Below, in pieces: positions 44,601 through 60,300 of a stretch of DNA of 64,000 bases. The notes under the pieces were generated by a model, which was not told where the DNA came from, did not search any database, and worked only from the letters and a program-made list of their open reading frames with translations. Every line of letters begins with the position of its first letter. The stretch's first letter is position 1. The position numbers and the translations under genes are program-made. The DNA lies in contig OZ059895.1 of NCBI GenBank assembly GCA_964057225.1, positions 22,010,001-22,074,000 of the forward strand, in the 5' to 3' direction. The DNA is from Auanema rhodensis. Taxonomy: Eukaryota > Animalia > Nematoda.

Positions 44601-47600
44601 TTAAGTGTACACATGATGTGCACTTGGTAAGTAACTCGCTTCACGTCAAAGATAAAGAGATGCGGTTTTCAAAATTAGATTCCCCATGTCCATATTAGTC
44701 TAAAAACAAATTTTTATTAATATTGGTGCATGGTAACCATGACTTTGAAATTTACGTGAACTTTAATTTTTGCTAATTAAGTGTACACATGATGTGCACT
44801 TGGTAAGTAACTCTCTTCACGTCAAAGATAAAGAGATGCGGTTTTGAAAATTAGATTCCCCATGTCCATATTAGTCTAAAAACAAATTTTTATTAATATT
44901 GGTGCATGGTAACCATGACTTTGAAATTTACGTGAACTTTAATTTATGCTAATTAAGTGTACACATGATGTGCACTTGGTAAGTAACTCGCTTCACGTCA
45001 AAGATAAAGAGATGCGGTTTTCAAAATTAGATTCCCCATGTCCATGTTAGTCTAAAAACAATTTTTTATCAATATTGGTGCATGGTAACTATGACTTTGA
45101 AATTTACGTGAACTTTAATTTATGCTAATTAAGTGTACACATGATGTGCACTTGGTATGTAACTCGCTTCAAGTGAAAGATAAAGAGATGCGCTTTTCAA
45201 AATTAGATTTCGCATGTCCATATTAGTCTAAAAACAAATTTTTATTGATATTGGTGCATGGTAACCATGACTTTAAAATTTACGTGAACTTTAATTTATG
45301 CTAATTAAGTGTACACATGATGTGCACTTGGTATGTAACTCGCTTCACGTCAAAGATAAAGAGATGCGGTTTTCAAAATTAGATTCCCCATGTCCATATT
45401 AGTCTAAAAACAAATTTTTATTAATATTGGTGCATGGTAACCATGACTTTGAAATTTACGTGAACTTTAATTTATGCTAATTAAGTGTACACATGATGTG
45501 CACTTGGTATGTAACTCGCTTCACGTCAAAGATAAAAAGATGAGGTTTTCAAAATTAGATTCCCCATGTCCATATTAGTCTAAAAACAAATTTTTATTAA
45601 TATTGGTGCATGGTAACCATGACTTTGAAATTTACGTGAACTTTAATTTATGCTAATTAAGTGTACACATGATGTGCGCTTGGTATGTAACTCGCTTCAC
45701 GTGAAAGATAAAGAGATGCGGTTTTCAAAATTAGATTCCTCATGTCCATATTAGTCTAAAAACGAATTTTTATTGATATTGGTGCATGGCAACCATGACT
45801 TTAAAATTTACGTGAACTTTAATTTATGCTAATTAAGTGTACACATGATGTGCACTTGGTATGTAACTCGCTTCACTCAAAGATAAAGAGATGCGGTTTT
45901 CAAAATTAGATTCCCCATGTCCATATTAGTCTAAAAACAAATTTTTATTAATATTGGTGCATGGTAACTATGACTTTGAAATTTACGTGAACTTTAATTT
46001 ATGCTAATTAAGTGTACACATGATGTGCACTTGGTATGTAACTCGCTTCAAGTGAAAGATAAAGAGATGCGCTTTTCAAAATTAGATTTCGCATGTCCAT
46101 ATTAGTCTAAAAACAAATTTTTATTGATATTGGTGCATGGTAACCATGACTTTAAAATTTACGTGAACTTTAATTTATGCTAATTAAGTGTACACATGAT
46201 GTGCACTTGGTATGTAACTCGCTTCACGTCAAAGATAAAGAGATGCGGTTTTGAAAATTAGATTCCCCATGTCCATATTAGTCTAAAAACAAATTTTTAT
46301 TAATATTGGTGCATGGTAACCATGACTTTGAAATTTACGTGAACTTTAATTTATGCTAATTAAGTGTACACATGATGTGCACTTGGTAAGTAACTCGCTT
46401 CACGTCAAAGATAAAGAGATGCGGTTTTGAAAATTAGATTCCCCATGTCCATATTAGTCTAAAAACAAATTTTTATTAATATTGGTGCATGGTAACCATG
46501 ACTTTGAAATTTACGTGAACTTTAATTTATGCTAATTAAGTGTACACATGATGTGCACTTGGTAAGTAACTCGCTTCACGTCAAAGATAAAGAGATGCGG
46601 TTTTCAAAATTAGATTCCCCATGTCCATGTTAGTCTAAAAACAATTTTTTATCAATATTGGTGCATGGTAACTATGACTTTGAAATTTACGTGAACTTTA
46701 ATTTATGCTAATTAAGTGTACACATGATGTGCACTTGGTATGTAACTCGCTTCAAGTGAAAGATAAAGAGATGCGCTTTTCAAAATTAGATTTCGCATGT
46801 CCATATTAGTCTAAAAACAAATTTTTATTGATATTGGTGCATGGTAACCATGACTTTAAAATTTACGTGAACTTTAATTTATGCTAATTAAGTGTACACA
46901 TGATGTGCACTTGGTATGTAACTCGCTTCACGTCAAAGATAAAGAGATGCGGTTTTCAAAATTAGATTCCCCATGTCCATATTAGTCTAAAAACAAATTT
47001 TTATTAATATTGGTGCATGGTAACCATGACTTTGAAATTTACGTGAACTTTAATTTATGCTAATTAAGTGTACACATGATGTGCACTTGGTATGTAACTC
47101 GCTTCACGTCAAAGATAAAAAGATGAGGTTTTCAAAATTAGATTCCCCATGTCCATATTAGTCTAAAAACAAATTTTTATTAATATTGGTGCATGGTAAC
47201 CATGACTTTGAAATTTACGTGAACTTTAATTTATGCTAATTAAGTGTACACATGATGTGCGCTTGGTATGTAACTCGCTTCACGTGAAAGATAAAGAGAT
47301 GCGGTTTCCAAAATTAGATTCCCCATGTCCATATTAGTCTAAAAACAAATTTTTATTGATATTGGTGCATGGCAACCATGACTTTAAAATTTACGTGAAC
47401 TTTAATTTATGCTAATTAAGTGTACACATGATGTGCACTTGGTATGTAACTCGCTTCACTCAAAGATAAAGAGATGCGGTTTTCAAAATTAGATTCCCCA
47501 TGTCCATATTAGTCTAAAAACAAATTTTTATTGATATTGGTGCATGGTAACCATGACTTTAAAATTTACGTGAACTTTAATTTATGCTAATTAAGTGTAC

Positions 47601-49400
47601 ACATGATGTGCACTTGGTATGTAACTCGCTTCACGTCAAAGATAAAGAGATGCGGTTTTCAAAATTAGATTCCCCATGTCCATATTAGTCTAAAAACAAA
47701 TTTTTATGAATATTGGTGCATGGTAACCATGACTTTGAAATTTACGTGAACTTTAATTTATGCTAATTAAGTGTACACATGATGTGCACTTGGTATGTAA
47801 CTCGCTTCACGTCAAAGATAAAGAGATGCGGTTTTGAAAATTAGATTCCCCATGTCCATATTAGTCTAAAAACAAATTTTTATTAATATTGGTGCATGGT
47901 AACCATGACTTTGAAATTTACGTGAACTTTAATTTATGCTAATTAAGTGTACACATGATGTGCACTTGGTATGTAACTCTCTTCACGTGAAAGATAAAGA
48001 GATGCGGTTTCCAAAATTAGATTCCCCATGTCCATATTAGTCTAAAAACAAATTTTTATTGATATTGGTGCATGGTAACCATGACTTTAAAATTTACGTG
48101 AACTTTAATTTATGCTAATTAAGTGTACACATGATGTGCACTTGGTATGTAACTCGCTTCACGTGAAAGATAAAGAGATGCGGTTTCCAAAATTAGATTC
48201 CCCATGTCCATATTAGTCTAAAAACAAATTTTTATTGATATTGGTGCATGGCAACCATGACTTTAAAATTTACGTGAACTTTAATTTATGCTAATTAAGT
48301 GTACACATGATGTGCACTTGGTATGTAACTCGCTTCACTCAAAGATAAAGAGATGCGGTTTTCAAAATTAGATTCCCCATGTCCATATTAGTCTAAAAAC
48401 AAATTTTTATTGATATTGGTGCATGGTAACCATGACTTTAAAATTTACGTGAACTTTAATTTATGCTAATTAAGTGTACACATGATGTGCACTTGGTATG
48501 TAACTCGCTTCACGTCAAAGATAAAGAGATGCGGTTTTCAAAATTAGATTCCCCATGTCCATATTAGTCTAAAAACAAATTTTTATGAATATTGGTGCAT
48601 GGTAACCATGACTTTGAAATTTACGTGAACTTTAATTTATGCTAATTAAGTGTACACATGATGTGCACTTGGTATGTAACTCGCTTCACGTCAAAGATAA
48701 AGAGATGCGGTTTTGAAAATTAGATTCCCCATGTCCATATTAGTCTAAAAACAAATTTTTATTAATATTGGTGCATGGTAACCATGACTTTGAAATTTAC
48801 GTGAACTTTAATTTATGCTAATTAAGTGTACACATGATGTGCACTTGGTATGTAACTCTCTTCACGTGAAAGATAAAGAGATGCGGTTTCCAAAATTAGA
48901 TTCCCCATGTCCATATTAGTCTAAAAACAAATTTTTATTGATATTGGTGCATGGTAACCATGACTTTAAAATTTACGTGAACTTTAATTTATGCTAATTA
49001 AGTGTACACATGATGTGCACTTGGTATGTAACTCGCTTCACGTCAAAGATAAAGAAATGCGGTTTTCAAAATTAGATTCCCCATGTCCATCTTAGTCTAA
49101 AAACAAATTTCTATTAATATTGGTGCATGGTAACTATGACTTTGAAATTTACGTGAACTTTAATTTATGCTAATTAAGTGTACACATGATGTGCACTTGG
49201 TATGTAACTCGCTTCAAGTGAAAGATAAAGAGATGCGCTTTTCAAAATTAGATTTCGCATGTCCATATTAGTCTAAAAACAAATTTTTATTGATATTGGT
49301 GCATGGTAACCATGACTTTAAAATTTACGTGAACTTTAATTTATGCTAATTAAGTGTACACATGATGTGCACTTGGTATGTAACTCGCTTCACGTCAAAG
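35700..49400. repeat. Imperfect ~5 kb (27-30 monomer) higher-order repeat, about three copies
   Basis: The TCACTCAAAG deletion marker occurs in two series: 35845/40771/45873 (offsets 4926, 5102) and 37428/42706/47456 (offsets 5278, 4750). Each offset equals nx176-2, and neighbouring variants keep the same order. Confidence 0.75.
47270..49040. repeat. Tandem 5-monomer (879 bp) duplication
   Basis: TCACTC at 47456/48335; TATGAAT, TTTGAAAA and CTCTCTT repeat in the same order at this offset. Confidence 0.8.
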
Positions 49401-52400
49401 ATAAAGAGATGCGGTTTTCAAAATTAGATTCCCCATGTCCATATTAGTCTAAAAACAAATTTTTATTAATATTGGTGCATGGCAACCATGACTTTAAAAT
49501 TTACGTGAACTTTAATTTATGCTAATTAAGTGTACACATGATGTGCACTTGGTATGTAACTCGCTTCACGTCAAAGATAAAGAGATGCGGTTTTCAAAAT
49601 TAGATTCCCCATGTCCATATTAGTCTAAAAACAATTTTTTATCAATATTGGTGCATGGTAACCATGACTTTGAAATTTACGTGAACTTTAATTTATGCTA
49701 ATTAAGTGTACACATGATGTGCGCTCGGTATGTAACTCTCTTCACGTGAAAGATAAAGAGATGCGGTTTTCAAAATTAGATTCCTCATGTCCATATTAGT
49801 CTGAAAACGAATTTTTATTGATATTAATGCATGGTAACCATGACTTTAAAATTTACGTGAACTTTAATTTATGCTAATTAAGTGTACACATGATATGCAC
49901 TTGGTATGTAACTCGCTTCACGTCAAAGATAAAGAGATGCGGTTTTCAAAATTAGATTCCCCATGTCCATTTTAGTCTAAAAACGAATTTTTATTGATAT
50001 TGGTGGATGGTAACCATGACTTTAAAACTTACGTGAACTTTAATTTATGCTAATTAAGTGTACACATGATGTGCACTTGGTATGTAACTCGCTTCACGTG
50101 AAAGATGAAGAGATGCGGTTTTCAAAATTAGATTCCCCATGTCCATATTAGTCTAAAAACAAATTTTTATTAATATTGGTGCATGATAAGCATGACTTTG
50201 AAATTTACGTGAACTTTAATTTATGCTAATTAAGTGTACACATGATGTGCACTTGGTATGTAACTCGCTTCACGTGAAAGATAAAGAGATGCGGTTTTCC
50301 AAATTAGATTTCGCATGTCCATATTAGTCTAAAAACAAATTTTTATTGATATTGGTGCATGGTAACCATGACTTTGAAATTTACGTGAACTTTAATTTAT
50401 GCTAATTAAGTGTACACATGATATGCACTTGGTATGTAACTCGCTTCACGTCAAAGATAAAGAGATGCGGTTTTCAAAATTAGATTCCCCATGTCCATTT
50501 TAGTCTAAAAACGAATTTTTATTGATATTGGTGGATGGTAACCATGACTTTAAAACTTACGTGAACTTTAATTTATGCTAATTAAGTGTACACATGATGT
50601 GCACTTGGTATGTAACTCGCTTCACGTGAAAGATGAAGAGATGCGGTTTTCAAAATTAGATTCCCCATGTCCATATTAGTCTAAAAACAAATTTTTATTA
50701 ATATTGGTGCATGATAACCATGACTTTGAAATTTACGTGAACTTTAATTTATGCTAATTAAGTGTACACATGATGTGCACTTGGTATGTAACTCGCTTCA
50801 CGTGAAAGATAAAAAGATGCGGTTTTCCAAATTAGATTTCGCATGTCCATATTAGTCTAAAAACAAATTTTTATTGATATTGGTGCATGGTAACCATGAC
50901 TTTGAAATTTACGTGAACTTTAATTTATGCTAATTAAGTGTACACATGATGTGCACTTGGTATGTAACTCGCTTCACGTGAAAGATGAAGAGATGCGGTT
51001 TTCAAAATTAGATTCCTCATGTCCATATTAGTCTAAAAACGAATTTTTATTGATATTGATGCATGGTAACCATGACTTTGAAATTTACGTGAACTTTAAT
51101 TTATGCTAATTAAGTGTACACATGATGTGCACTTGGTATGTAACTCGCTTCACGTCACAGATAAAGAGATGCGGTTTTCAAAATTAGATTCCCCATGTCC
51201 ATATTAGTCTAAAAACGAATTTTTATTGATATTGGTGAATGGTAACCATGACTTTAAAATTTACGTGAACTTCAATTTATGCTAATTAAGTGTACACGTG
51301 ATGTGCACTTGGTATGTAACTCGCTTTACGTGAAAGATAAAGGGATGCGGTTTTCAAAATTAGATTCCCCATGTCCATATTAGTCTAAAAACAAATTTTT
51401 ATTGATATTGATGCATGGTAACCATGACTTTAAAATTTACGTGAACTTCAATTTATGCTAATTAAGTGTACACGTGATGTGCACTTGGTATGTAACTCGC
51501 TTCACGTGAAAGATGAAGAGATGCGGTTTTCAAAATTAGATTCCTCATGTCCATATTAGTCTAAAAACGAATTTTTATTGATATTGATGCATGGTAACCA
51601 TGACTTTGAAATTTACGTGAACTTTAATTTATGCTTATTAAGTGTACACGTGATGTGCACTTGGTATGTAACTCGCTTCACGTGAAATATAAAGGGATGC
51701 GGTTTTCAAAATTAGATTCCCCATGTCCATATTAGTCTAAAAACAAACTTTTATTGATATTGGTGCATGGTAACCATGACTTTAAAATTTACGTGAACTT
51801 TAATTTATGCTAATTAAGTGTACACATGATGTGCACTTGGTATGTAACTCGCTTCACGTGAAAGATAAAGAGATGCGGTTTTCAAAATAGATTCCCCATT
51901 TCCATATTAGTCTAAAAACAAATTTTTATTGATATTGGTGCATGGCAACCATGACTTTGAAATTTACGTGAACTTTAATTTATGCTTATTAAGTGTACAC
52001 GTGATGTGCACTTGGTATGTAACTCGCTTCACGTGAAAGATGAAGAGATGCGGTTTTCAAAATTAGATTCCCCATGTCCATATTAGTCTAAAAACAAATT
52101 TTTGTTGATATTGGTGGATGGTAACCATGACTTTGAAATTTACGTGAACTTTAATTTATGCTAATTAAGTGTACACATGATGTGCACTTGGTATGTAACT
52201 CGCTTCAAGTCAAAGATAAAGAGATGCGGTTTTCAAAATTAGATTCCCCATGTCCATATTAGTCTAAAAACAAATTTTTATTAATATTGGTGCATGGTAA
52301 CCATGACTTTGAAATTTACGTGAACTTTAATTTATGCTAATTAAGTGTACACATGATGTGCACTTGGTATGTAACTCGCTTCACGTGAAAGATAAAGAGA

Positions 52401-55400
52401 TGCGGTTTTCAAAATTAGATTCCCCATTTCCATATTAGTCTAAAAACAAATTTTTATTGATATTGGTGCATGGCAACCATGACTTTAAAATTTACGTGAA
52501 CTTTAATTTATGCTAATTAAGTGTACACATGATGTGCACTTGGTATGTAACTCGCTTCACGTCAAAGATAAAGAGATGCGGTTTTCAAAATTAGATTCCC
52601 CATGTTCATATTAGTCTAAAAACAAATTTTTATTGATATTGGTGCATGGCAACCATGACTTTAAAATTTACGTGAACTTTAATTTATGCTAATTAAGTGT
52701 ACACATGATGTGCACTTGGTATGTAACTCGCTTCACGTCAAAGATAAAGAGATGCGGTTTTCAAAATTAGATTCCCCATGTCCATATTAGTCTAAAAACA
52801 AATTTTTATTGATATTGGTGCATGGTAACCATGACTTTGAAATTTACGTGAACTTTAATTTATGCTAATTAAGTGTACACATGATGTGCGCTTGGTATGT
52901 AACTCGCTTCACGTGAAAGATGAAGAGATGCGGTTTTCAAAATTAGATTCCCCATGTTCATATTAGTCTAAAAACAAATTTTTATTAATATTGGTGCATG
53001 GTAACCATGACTTTGAAATTTACGTGAACTTTAATTTATGCTAATTAAGTGTACACATGATGTGCACTTGGTATGTAACTCGCTTCACGTGAAAGATAAA
53101 GAGATGCGGTTTTCCAAATTAGATTTCGCATGTCCATATTAGTCTAAAAACAAATTTTTATTGATATTGGTGCATGGTAACCATGACTTTGAAATTTACG
53201 TGAACTTTAATTTATGCTAATTAAGTGTACACGTGATGTGCACTTGGTATGTAACTCGCTTCACGTGAAAGATAAAGAGATGCGGTTTTCAAAATTAGAT
53301 TCCCCATGTCCATATTAGTCTAAACACAAAATTTTATTGATATTGGTGCATGGTAACCATGACTTTGAAATTTACGTGAACTTTAATTTATGCTAATTAA
53401 GTGTACACGTGATGTGCACTTGGTATGTAACTCGCTTCACGTGAAAGATAAAGAGATGCGGTTTTCAAAATTAGATTCCCCATTTCCATATTAGTCTAAA
53501 AACAAATTTTTATTGATATTGGTGCATGGCAACCATGACTTTAAAATTTACGTGAACTTTTATTTATGCTAATTAAGTGTACACATGATGTGCACTTGGT
53601 ATGTAACTCGTTTCACGTCAAAGATAAAGAGATGCGGTTTTCAAAATTGGATTCCCCATGTCCATATTAGTCTAAAAACAAATTTTTATTAATATTGGTG
53701 CATGGTAACCATGACTTTGAAATTTACGTGAACTTTAATTTATGCTAATTAAGTGTACACATGATGTGCGCTTGGTATGTAACTCGCTTCACGTGAAAGA
53801 TAAAGAGATGCGGTTTTCAAAATTAGATTCCCCATTTCCATATTAGTCTAAAAACAAATTTTTATTGATATTGGTGCATGGCAACCATGACTTTAAAATT
53901 TACGTGAACTTTAATTTATGCTAATTAAGTGTACACATGATGTGCACTTGGTATGTAACTCGTTTCACGTCAAAGATAAAGAGATGCGGTTTTCAAAATT
54001 GGATTCCCCATGTCCATATTAGTCTAAAAACAAATTTTTATTAATATTGGTGCATGGTAACCATGACTTTGAAATTTACGTGAACTTTAATTTATGCTAA
54101 TTAAGTGTACACATGATGTGCACTTGGTATGTAACTCGCTTCACGTGAAAGATGAAGAGATGCGGTTTTCAAAATTAGATTCCCCATGTCCATATTAGTC
54201 TAAAAACAAATTTTTATTAATATTGGTGCATGGCAACCATGACTTTAAAATTTACGTGAACTTTAATTTATGCTAATTAAGTGTACACATGATGTGCACT
54301 TGGTATGTAACTCGCTTCACGTGAAAGATAAAGAGATGCGGTTTTCAAAATAGATTCCCCATTTCCATATTAGTCTAAAAACAAATTTTTATTGATATTG
54401 GTGCATGGCAACCATGACTTTAAAATTTACGTGAACTTTAATTTATGCTAATTAAGTGTACACATGATGTGCACTTGGTATGTAACTCGCTTCACGTCAA
54501 AGATAAAGAGAAGAGGTTTTCAAAATTAGATTCCCCATGTCAATATTAGTCTAAAAACAAATTTTTATTAATATTGGTGCATGGTAACCATGACTTTGAA
54601 ATTTACGTGAACTTTAATTTATGCTAATTAAGTGTACACATGATGTGCGCTTGGTATGTAACTCGCTTCACGTGAAAGATAAAGAGATGCGGTTTTCAAA
54701 ATTAGATTCCCCATTTCCATATTAGTCTAAAAACAAATTTTTATTGATATTGGTGCATGGCAACCATGACTTTAAAATTTACGTGAACTTTAATTTATGC
54801 TAATTAAGTGTACACATGATGTGCACTTGGTATGTAACTCGCTTCACGTGAAAGATGAAGAGATGCGGTTTTCAAAATTAGATTCCCCATGTCCATATTA
54901 GTCTAAACACAAATTTTTATTGATATTGGTGCATGGTAACCATGACTTTGAAATTTACGTGAACTTTAATTTATGCTAATTAAGTGTACACGTGATGTGC
55001 ACTTGGTATGTAACTCGCTTCACGTGAAAGATAAAGAGATGCGGTTTTCAAAATTAGATTCCCCATTTCCATATTAGTCTAAAAACAAATTTTTATTGAT
55101 ATTGGTGCATGGCAACCATGACTTTAAAATTTACGTGAACTTTTATTTATGCTAATTAAGTGTACACATGATGTGCACTTGGTATGTAACTCGTTTCACG
55201 TCAAAGATAAAGAGATGCGGTTTTCAAAATTGGATTCCCCATGTCCATATTAGTCTAAAAACAAATTTTTATTAATATTGGTGCATGGTAACCATGACTT
55301 TGAAATTTACGTGAACTTTAATTTATGCTAATTAAGTGTACACATGATGTGCGCTTGGTATGTAACTCGCTTCACGTGAAAGATAAAGAGATGCGGTTTT

Positions 55401-57395
55401 CAAAATTAGATTCCCCATTTCCATATTAGTCTAAAAACAAATTTTAATGATATTGGTGCATGGCAACCATGACTTTAAAATTTACGTGAACTTTAATTTA
55501 TGCTAATTAAGTGTACACATGATGTGCACTTGGTATGTAACTCGTTTCACGTCAAAGATAAAGAGATGCGGTTTTCAAAATTGGATTCCCCATGTCCATA
55601 TTAGTCTAAAAACAAATTTTTATTAATATTGGTGCATGGTAACCATGACTTTGAAATTTACGTGAACTTTAATTTATGCTAATTAAGTGTACACATGATG
55701 TGCACTTGGTATGTAACTCGCTTCACGTGAAAGATGAAGAGATGCGGTTTTCAAAATTAGATTCCCCATGTCCATATTAGTCTAAAAACAAATTTTTATT
55801 GATATTGGTGCATGGCAACCATGACTTTAAAATTTACGTGAACTTTAATTTATGCTAATTAAGTGTACACATGATGTGCACTTGGTATGTAACTCGCTTC
55901 ACGTCAAAGATAAAGAGAAGAGGTTTTCAAAATTAGATTCCCCATGTCAATATTAGTCTAAAAACAAATTTTTATTAATATTGGTGCATGGTAACCATGA
56001 CTTTGAAATTTACGTGAACTTTAATTTATGCTAATTAAGTGTACACATGATGTGCGCTTGGTATGTAACTCGCTTCACGTGAAAGATAAAGAGATGCGGT
56101 TTTCATAATTAGATTCCTCATTTCCATATTAGTCTAAAAACAAATTTTTATTAATATTGGTGCATGGTAACCATGACTTTGAAATTTACGTGAACTTTAA
56201 TTTATGCTAATTAAGTGTACACATGATGTGCACTTGGTATGTAACTCGCTTCACGTGAAAGATGAAGAGATGCGGTTTTCAAAATTAGATTCCCCATGTC
56301 CATATTAGTCTAAAAACAAATTTTTATTAATATTGGTGCATGGTAACCATGACTTTGAAATTTACGTGAACTTTAATTTATGCTAATTAAGTGTACACAT
56401 GATGTGCACTTGGTATGTAACTCGCTTCACGTGAAAGATAAAGAGATGCGGTTTTCCAAATTAGATTTCGCATGTCCATATTAGTCTAAAAACAAATTTT
56501 TATTAATATTGGTGCATGGTAACCATGACTTTGAAATTTACGTGAACTTTAATTTATGCTTATTAAGTGTACACGTGATGTGCACTTGGTATGTAACTCG
56601 CTTCACGTGAAATATAAAGGGATGCGGTTTTCAAAATTAGATTCCCCATGTCCATATTAGTCTAAAAACAAATTTTTATTAATATTGGTGCATGGTAACC
56701 ATGACTTTAAAATTTACGTGAACTTTAATTTATGCTAATTAAGTGTACACATGATGTGCACTTGGTATGTAACTCGCTTCACGTCAAAGATAAAGAGATG
56801 CGGTTTTCAAAATTAGATTCCCCATGTCCATATTAGTCTAAAAACAAATTTTTATTGATATTGGTGCATGGTAACCATGACTTTGAAATTAACGTGAACT
56901 TTAATTTATGCTAAATAAGTGTACACATGATGTGCACTTGGTATGTAACTCGCTTCACGTCAAAGATAAAGAGATGCGGTTTTTAAAATTAGATTCCCCA
57001 TGTCCATATTAGTCTAAAAACAAATTTTTATTAATATTGGTGCATGGTAACCATGACTTTGAAATTTACGTGAACTTTAATTTATGCTAATTAAGTGTAC
57101 ACGTGATGTGCACTTGGTATTTAACTCGCTTCACGTGAAAGATAAAGAGATGCGGTTTTCAAAATTAGATTTCCCATGTCCATATTAGTCTAAACACAAA
57201 TTTTTATTGATATTGGTGCATGGTAACCATGACTTTGAAATTTACGTGAACTTTAATTTATGCTTATTAAGTGTACACGTGATGTGCACTTGGTATGTAA
57301 CTCGCTTCACGTGAAAGATGAAGAGATGCGGTTTTCAAAATTAGATTCCCCATGTCCATATTAGTCTAAAAACAAATTTTTGTTGATATTGGTGG

Positions 57396-60300
57396 ATGGT
57401 AACCATGACTTTGAAATTTACGTGAACTTTAATTTATGCTAATTAAGTGTACACATGATGTGCACTTGGTATGTAACTCGCTTCAAGTCAAAGATAAAGA
57501 GATGCGGTTTTCAAAATTAGATTCCCCATGTCCATATTAGTCTAAAAACAAATTTTTATTAATATTGGTGCATGGTAACCATGACTTTGAAATTTACGTG
57601 AACTTTAATTTATGCTAATTAAGTGTACACATGATGTGCACTTGGTATGTAACTCGCTTCACGTGAAAGATAAAGAGATGCGGTTTTCAAAATAGATTCC
57701 CCATTTCCATATTAGTCTAAAAACAAATTTTTATTGATATTGGTGCATGGCAACCATGACTTTAAAATTTACGTGAACTTTAATTTATGCTAATTAAGTG
57801 TACACATGATGTGCACTTGGTATGTAACTCGCTTCACGTCAAAGATAAAGAGATGCGGTTTTCAAAATTAGATTCCCCATGTCCATATTAGTCTAAAAAC
57901 AAATTTTTATTGATATTGGTGCATGGTAACCATGACTTTGAAATTTACGTGAACTTTAATTTATGCTAATTAAGTGTACACATGATGTGCGCTTGGTATG
58001 TAACTCGCTTCACGTGAAAGATAAAGAGATGCGGTTTTCATAATTAGATTCCCCATTTCCATATTAGTCTAAAAACAAATTTTTAGTAATATTGGTGCAT
58101 GGTAACCATGACTTTGAAATTTACGTGAACTTTAATTTATGCTAATTAAGTGTACACATGATGTGCACTTGGTATGTAACTCGCTTCACGTGAAAGATGA
58201 AGAGATGCGGTTTTCAAAATTAGATTCCCCATGTCCATATTAGTCTAAAAACAAATTTTTATTAATATTGGTGCATGGCAACCATGACTTTAAAATTTAC
58301 GTGAACTTTAATTTATGCTAATTAAGTGTACACATGATGTGCACTTGGTATGTAACTCGTTTCACGTCAAAGATAAAGAGATGCGGTTTTCAAAATTGGA
58401 TTCCCCATGTCCATATTAGTCTAAAAACAAATTTTTATTAATATTGGTGCATGGTAACTATGACTTTGAAATTTACGTGAACTTTAATTTATGCTAATTA
58501 AGTGTACACATGATGTGCACTTGGTATGTAACTCGCTTCACGTGAAAGATGAAGAGATGCGGTTTTCAAAATTAGATTCCCCATGTCCATATTAGTCTAA
58601 AAACAAATTTTTATTAATATTGGTGCATGGCAACCATGACTTTAAAATTTACGTGAACTTTAATTTATGCTAATTAAGTGTACACATGATGTGCACTTGG
58701 TATGTAACTCGCTTCACGTGAAAGATAAAGAGATGCGGTTTTCAAAATAGATTCCCCATTTCCATATTAGTCTAAAAACAAATTTTTATTGATATTGGTG
58801 CATGGCAACCATGACTTTAAAATTTACGTGAACTTTAATTTATGCTAATTAAGTGTACACATGATGTGCACTTGGTATGGAACTCGCTTCACGTCAAAGA
58901 TAAAGAGAAGAGGTTTTCAAAATAAGATTCCCCATGTCAATATTAGTCTAAAAACAAATTTTTATTAATATTGGTGCATGGTAACCATGACTTTGAAATT
59001 TACGTGAACTTTAATTTATGCTAATTAAGTGTACACATGATGTGCACTTGGTATGTAACTCGCTTCAAGTCAAAGATAAAGAGATGCGGTTTTCAAAATT
59101 AGATTCCCCATGTCCATATTAGTCTAAAAACAAATTTTTATTAATATTGGTGCATGGTAACCATGACTTTGAAATTTACGTGAACTTTAATTTATGCTAA
59201 TTAAGTGTACACATGATGTGCACTTGGTATGTAACTCGCTTCACGTGAAAGATAAAGAGATGCGGTTTTCAAAATAGATTCCCCATTTCCATATTAGTCT
59301 AAAAACAAATTTTTATTGATATTGGTGCATGGCAACCATGACTTTAAAATTTACGTGAACTTTAATTTATGCTAATTAAGTGTACACATGATGTGCACTT
59401 GGTATGTAACTCGCTTCACGTCAAAGATAAAGAGATGCGGTTTTCAAAATTAGATTCCCCATGTCCATATTAGTCTAAAAACAAATTTTTATTGATATTG
59501 GTGCATGGTAACCATGACTTTGAAATTTACGTGAACTTTAATTTATGCTAATTAAGTGTACACATGATGTGCGCTTGGTATGTAACTCGCTTCACGTGAA
59601 AGATAAAGAGATGCGGTTTTCATAATTAGATTCCCCATTTCCATATTAGTCTAAAAACAAATTTTTAGTAATATTGGTGCATGGTAACCATGACTTTGAA
59701 ATTTACGTGAACTTTAATTTATGCTAATTAAGTGTACACATGATGTGCACTTGGTATGTAACTCGCTTCACGTGAAAGATGAAGAGATGCGGTTTTCAAA
59801 ATTAGATTCCCCATGTCCATATTAGTCTAAAAACAAATTTTTATTAATATTGGTGCATGGCAACCATGACTTTAAAATTTACGTGAACTTTAATTTATGC
59901 TAATTAAGTGTACACATGATGTGCACTTGGTATGTAACTCGTTTCACGTCAAAGATAAAGAGATGCGGTTTTCAAAATTGGATTCCCCATGTCCATATTA
60001 GTCTAAAAACAAATTTTTATTAATATTGGTGCATGGTAACTATGACTTTGAAATTTACGTGAACTTTAATTTATGCTAATTAAGTGTACACATGATGTGC
60101 ACTTGGTATGTAACTCGCTTCACGTGAAAGATGAAGAGATGCGGTTTTCAAAATTAGATTCCCCATGTCCATATTAGTCTAAAAACAAATTTTTATTAAT
60201 ATTGGTGCATGGCAACCATGACTTTAAAATTTACGTGAACTTTAATTTATGCTAATTAAGTGTACACATGATGTGCACTTGGTATGTAACTCGCTTCACG

